From assembly GCF_039941875.1 (NCBI RefSeq), contig NZ_JBDVDQ010000016.1:81916-145915 (forward strand): DNA of 64,000 bases, in the 5' to 3' direction. Position 1 is the stretch's first letter, and every line of letters starts with the position of its first letter. The translations under genes and the position numbers were made by a program. The DNA is from Nonlabens sp. (GTDB lineage Bacteria; Bacteroidota; Bacteroidia; Flavobacteriales; Flavobacteriaceae). This document shows positions 60,057 through 64,000 of the stretch, piece by piece. The notes beneath the pieces are model-generated. The model was given only the letters and a program-made list of their open reading frames with translations, was not told where the DNA came from and made no database searches.

Positions 60057-60599
60057 ATGAGCAAAGCATTTAAACTTCAAGATAAAATAGACGAAACTTA
60101 CATTGAACAACGCAAATTGTTCATTTGGGGAATGGTAGATGATAAAACGGCTAGACACTGTGTAGATAGATTATTATACCTAGATTCTTTAAGTAATGAA
60201 GAAATCACTTTTGTAATCAATAGTCCAGGTGGTTATGTAACTGCTGGTTTTTCTATTTATGACACGATGCAAGAAATTAAAAGCCCAGTAAGCACTGTAT
60301 GTAGTGGTCTTGCTGCATCTATGGGTTCTTTACTTCTTTCTGGTGGTACTAAAGGACGTCGCATGATACAAAAACACGGTCGTGTAATGATACACCAACC
60401 TAGTGGTGGTGCTCGTGGTACCAGTGCAGACATTGAAATCACTGCAAATGAGATTCTTAAAACTAAAGAATTAAGTGCTCAAATTCTTGCAGACAACTGT
60501 GGACAGACTTTTGAAAAAGTGATGAAAGATTTTAACCGTGATTACTGGCTAGGAGCTGACGAGGCACTTGCTTACGGAATTGTGGATGGTATTTTATAA
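60057..60599 (+). CDS. clpP: ClpP-family protease subunit
   Basis: INSPGG, GLAASMGS, MIHQPSGG, RDYW. Confidence 0.85.
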   Translation: MSKAFKLQDKIDETYIEQRKLFIWGMVDDKTARHCVDRLLYLDSLSNEEITFVINSPGGYVTAGFSIYDTMQEIKSPVSTVCSGLAASMGSLLLSGGTKGRRMIQKHGRVMIHQPSGGARGTSADIEITANEILKTKELSAQILADNCGQTFEKVMKDFNRDYWLGADEALAYGIVDGIL

Positions 60600-60619
60600 A
60601 TAACATAACACATTTATTC

Positions 60620-60651
60620 AAAAAGCCAGCTTGTCTTTAAGCTGGCTTTTT
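60620..60651 (+). terminator. Intrinsic terminator after clpP
   Basis: AAAAGCCAGCTT-GTCTTT-AAGCTGGCTTTT. Confidence 0.75.
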
Positions 60652-60663
60652 AATTTTATAAAA

Positions 60664-60873
60664 ATGGTTAGAGATTACTTAAACGCTTACTTTAGAACAA
60701 TTTCATTTATCTTTTTAATCTTGTTCGGTATTTATGTAATACTTACTATTGGCTCAGAAGAATACTTAAAATCATTTGTCACCTCTTTTTCATACACCTT
60801 ACTACCAGTTGTAGTAGGTAATATTCCCATCGCCTGGCTTTATTATTACATCCATAAAAAATCAACTCAATGA
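60664..60873 (+). CDS. Small two-TM hypothetical protein
   Basis: Hydrophobic ORF overlapping next gene by ATGA; start moved to MVRDY. Confidence 0.5.
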   Translation: MVRDYLNAYFRTISFIFLILFGIYVILTIGSEEYLKSFVTSFSYTLLPVVVGNIPIAWLYYYIHKKSTQ

Positions 60874-61286
60874 AACTAACTCCTTTTCACCTCGCGATTC
60901 CAGTTAAAGAAATCACCACCACACGTGCGTTTTATCGCGATACATTAGGCTGTAAAGAAGGACGTAGTTCAGACCATTGGGTAGACTTTGATTTTTTTGG
61001 TCATCAACTGGTTATACATGTGACAGAAGAGGCTCAAAAAGCAGCCATTAATGCCGTAGATGGCAAGGCCGTTCCTGTTCCACATTTTGGTGTCGTTCTA
61101 GAATGGGATATTTTTCACGCTTTCGCGAAAGCGGTAAAAGAAAAAGGCATCCAGTTTATAATTGAGCCGTACATAAGATTTGAAGGACTACCAGGCGAGC
61201 AAGCCACGATGTTCTTTCAAGACCCAAGCGGAAATTCACTAGAGTTTAAGTCCTTTAAAGACTTTGATCAAATATTTGCATCATGA
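60870..61286 (+). CDS. VOC/glyoxalase-family protein
   Basis: PFHLAIPV, DFFGHQLVIH, VPHFGVVL, DPSGNSLEFK. Confidence 0.88.
   Translation: MKLTPFHLAIPVKEITTTRAFYRDTLGCKEGRSSDHWVDFDFFGHQLVIHVTEEAQKAAINAVDGKAVPVPHFGVVLEWDIFHAFAKAVKEKGIQFIIEPYIRFEGLPGEQATMFFQDPSGNSLEFKSFKDFDQIFAS
61119..61132. repeat. Iterated palindrome copy 13 (in VOC gene, AFAKA)
   Basis: CGCTTTCGCGAAAGCG at 61118-61133. Confidence 0.9.
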
Positions 61287-61699
61287 GACTATTCAGAAAA
61301 AAAATAAATTTACCTGACGAAGATTACACACTAGAAACCGTAGAACAGACTACCGTCGCAGATGTGGATAAAGCGATAGAAAAAGAAGAAAGTATTACTT
61401 CTACTATTGCAAATTCTGGCTTTTTGAAAAAATATGCAAAGCTAGGTAAGATCATGTTTATGATGATTAAAGATTACCGCAAAGGTATTTATACAAACAT
61501 CCCATGGTTTACCATTGCTGCTATTACTACAGGATTATTATATGTATTTAGCCCCATAGACCTTATCCCAGATTTCATTCCAGGATTAGGATTTATAGAC
61601 GACCTAACTGTACTTTCTTTTGTAACCGGATGGATCGAGACCGACTTACATAGATATCTAGACTGGAAACTTAAGGAAGATTCTTATTTAGAAGAGTGA
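61283..61699 (+). CDS. YkvA/DUF1232-family protein
   Basis: LYVFSPIDLIPDFIPGLGFIDD. Confidence 0.88.
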   Translation: MRLFRKKINLPDEDYTLETVEQTTVADVDKAIEKEESITSTIANSGFLKKYAKLGKIMFMMIKDYRKGIYTNIPWFTIAAITTGLLYVFSPIDLIPDFIPGLGFIDDLTVLSFVTGWIETDLHRYLDWKLKEDSYLEE

Positions 61700-61724
61700 A
61701 AAAGTGTCAATTGCAATGCGATCA

Positions 61725-62957
61725 TTATTTAATTTTTATTTTCTCCAATAATTCAAAAACAATTTCTTTTGAATTATTCAAAGGAATTAGAAACTTTCCG
61801 TTAGAATCAATGATTCCATATTGGTTAGAATCTTCGACAAATGCAAGTGATTGCAAAAACGGACTGCTTTTTAGTTTATAAAATGATTGATCAGGAGACT
61901 CTTTATTCTGATTATGAAACATTGTAAAGGAATCAAACCTATAATCTGTTAATTGCTTTCCAGTAGAATCAAAAACAGCCCATTTACTATCCTTTTTAAA
62001 TCCTATAATTCCCTCGAATTCTCTTATAAAATTAGTATGTTGAAAAGGGATTAAAATCTTTCCTTGTAAATCAATTAATCCCCATTTATTATTAAGTCTT
62101 GCAGCGGCTGCATTCAAGTGGGGAAACCTTAGAATTTCATAGTCGCCCTCAAATATAAGCTCCCCATTAATGTTTATGAAACCTACTTTTCCATTTTCTT
62201 TTCTAATTACGGTAAATTCATTAGTATAAAAAGGACTTACCATCCGAAATTCAGGAGCGATCACCTCTATTCCTTTCCTGTTTATAAAACCGTATAAATT
62301 GTCAGCACGAATTTTTGCTTTATTAAAATAGTATTCCCCAAATGCAGTATATTTTAAATCAGTTATAAAACTTCCATCTGTCTTTACTAAGGCATAGTGG
62401 CTGTCTTTTCCAACTAAAAGAGTATCTTGTCCTAGCTTTTTAAAAGAACTGAATTCTGGCTCCAGAATTACATCGCCATTCAAATCATAAATACCATATA
62501 CTTGTGTGGGATTATAGGAAACACCATAACGTCCTTTATTTATTTTTCCAAACTTTCTTTTACTAACTAAAAGTTTATTTTTTGAAAGATTTATACTTTT
62601 AAAATGTAGAGGTAAAATCAATCTGTCATTTTTACCTACTACACCATAAATATCATCCCAAAAATATTCGCCTTTATTTCTGACTTTGTAAAGCGAATCA
62701 TTCAGTATGTAAACCTTGTGGTATTTAATAGGTATCACAATATTATTTTTCCTATCAATTACACCTACTTTTTTATTTAAATAGACAACACCATTACCTT
62801 TATAAAAATCTTTGGCATAATTATATTGAGGGGTTATAACCACACTATCTCCTAATTTGTAGCCATATACACCTTGTTCTTGAAAAGACTTCAAATCTTG
62901 TGATAAACAACTTATACCGCTAAAACAGAACAGGAAAATTATTAGACATTTAGTCAT
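61725..62957 (-). CDS. WG-repeat secreted protein
   Basis: Signal peptide; repeated YGFIN-x2-G-x-EVI-x-P-x-F, WGLID-x2-G, VGFIN-x2-G units. Confidence 0.8.
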   Translation of the reverse strand: MTKCLIIFLFCFSGISCLSQDLKSFQEQGVYGYKLGDSVVITPQYNYAKDFYKGNGVVYLNKKVGVIDRKNNIVIPIKYHKVYILNDSLYKVRNKGEYFWDDIYGVVGKNDRLILPLHFKSINLSKNKLLVSKRKFGKINKGRYGVSYNPTQVYGIYDLNGDVILEPEFSSFKKLGQDTLLVGKDSHYALVKTDGSFITDLKYTAFGEYYFNKAKIRADNLYGFINRKGIEVIAPEFRMVSPFYTNEFTVIRKENGKVGFININGELIFEGDYEILRFPHLNAAAARLNNKWGLIDLQGKILIPFQHTNFIREFEGIIGFKKDSKWAVFDSTGKQLTDYRFDSFTMFHNQNKESPDQSFYKLKSSPFLQSLAFVEDSNQYGIIDSNGKFLIPLNNSKEIVFELLEKIKIK

Positions 62958-62988
62958 TAGTTTATATCTAAGTATCTATTAATACCAT

Positions 62989-64000
62989 TTACATAGAAGA
63001 GTAAACCAATTCTCCATTACTATAAGTAGCACTAACTTTCAAATTAGGAACTTGTTCTATAGCAACGTCCATTAAATCTTGATCGAGCATAATAAAGTCA
63101 GCTGCTTTACCTATTTCAAGACTTCCTTTTTCATTTTCTTCAAAATTAGAATAAGCTGCCCAAATGGTCATACCTCTTAATGCTTCTTCCCTAGAAAGAG
63201 CCTGATCTGCACGGAAACTATTTTCTGGATAACCACTAGTGTCTTTTCTCGCTACTGCCGCATAAAAGGTCAAAAACGGATTTACCTGCTCCACAGGGTA
63301 ATCAGTACCAAGAGCTAACATATTAGACATACCTAATAGCTTCTTATAAGCATAAGCTCCTTGAATGCGCTCTTCTCCTACTCTATCTTGCGCCCAATAC
63401 ATATCGCTAGTAGCATGAGTAGGCTGCACCGATGGAAGTATATTTTCTGTATCAAAAAAATCAAAATCTACTGGATCAACGATTTGCGCGTGTTCTACTC
63501 TCCATCTTCTGTCTTTTTTATCACTAAGTAATTCTTTATAGTTTTTTAAAACTACATAATTTGCACTATCACCTATCGCGTGTGTGTTCATCTGGTAGTC
63601 AGTAGCTGCGATACGCTCTGCAATACCTCTAAAATCTTTTACACTGCTTAATAACGCTCCATAATGATCGTGTTTATCTGAATAGGATTCTTTCATTGCA
63701 GCACCGCGACTACCTAGAGCGCCGTCCGCATAGAACTTTACAGATCTTACATTTAGACGATTTGTTTTTACGATTCCTTTCTCAAGATAGTAATCAAGGT
63801 TTTCTGGTGTGTTAGAAATCATCGCATAGATCTTCATTTTTAAAGCCCCATCTTGTTGTAAACTATCGATAAGTTCTATAGTAGAACGCATTAAACCAGC
63901 GTCATCTACCGTAGTAATTCCATAACCGAAGTTGATCTCCTGAGCATCCATTAAAGATTTAATAGACTCTTCAGTAGTTTCTGCAGGGAAAACCGCTTCT
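62989..64000 (-). CDS. Amidohydrolase (YtcJ-like), 5' end outside window
   Basis: DGALGSRGA, HAIGD, RVEHAQ, LGTDYPV, GSLEIGKAADF; frame stays open to window edge. Confidence 0.85.
   Translation of the reverse strand, partial: EAVFPAETTEESIKSLMDAQEINFGYGITTVDDAGLMRSTIELIDSLQQDGALKMKIYAMISNTPENLDYYLEKGIVKTNRLNVRSVKFYADGALGSRGAAMKESYSDKHDHYGALLSSVKDFRGIAERIAATDYQMNTHAIGDSANYVVLKNYKELLSDKKDRRWRVEHAQIVDPVDFDFFDTENILPSVQPTHATSDMYWAQDRVGEERIQGAYAYKKLLGMSNMLALGTDYPVEQVNPFLTFYAAVARKDTSGYPENSFRADQALSREEALRGMTIWAAYSNFEENEKGSLEIGKAADFIMLDQDLMDVAIEQVPNLKVSATYSNGELVYSSM

Overview
AT-rich (roughly one-third GC by eye) chromosomal segment of a marine-type Flavobacteriaceae. Gene content and TAnnTTTG promoter boxes indicate Bacteroidota; the genus may be Nonlabens-like, but I cannot verify that. 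Most of the window is core genes: iscS-type desulfurase, rocD, rlmD, def, ruvX, dapD, an LPS/glycosyltransferase block, tsaC, cca, pepT, yajC, nusB, lgt, secDF, mdh, gyrB, queE, clpP and two T9SS cargo proteins. I found no rRNA, tRNA, CRISPR, integrase or transposase. Three things stand out. (1) A GC-rich palindrome GCTTTCGCGAAAGC occurs at least 13 times, 7 inside coding sequence (read as AFAKA or LSRK) and 6 intergenic, like a HIP1/REP-type highly iterated palindrome. (2) A ~3.6 kb island (about 38.9-42.5 kb) holds three orphan polymorphic toxin/immunity cassettes: a headless Rhs core with a JAB/JAMM toxin, an HExxGH toxin tip and a short tip. Its cassette junctions carry GC-rich REP-like hairpins and a ~160 bp direct repeat, and it is bracketed by two related terminator+palindrome units with identical 56-nt spacing. 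(3) A five-gene membrane cluster pairs DUF2752 proteins with an IFITM/CD225 (dispanin) homolog and two CCC-motif paralogs. All family names come from motif recognition, not database searches, and counts are by eye.
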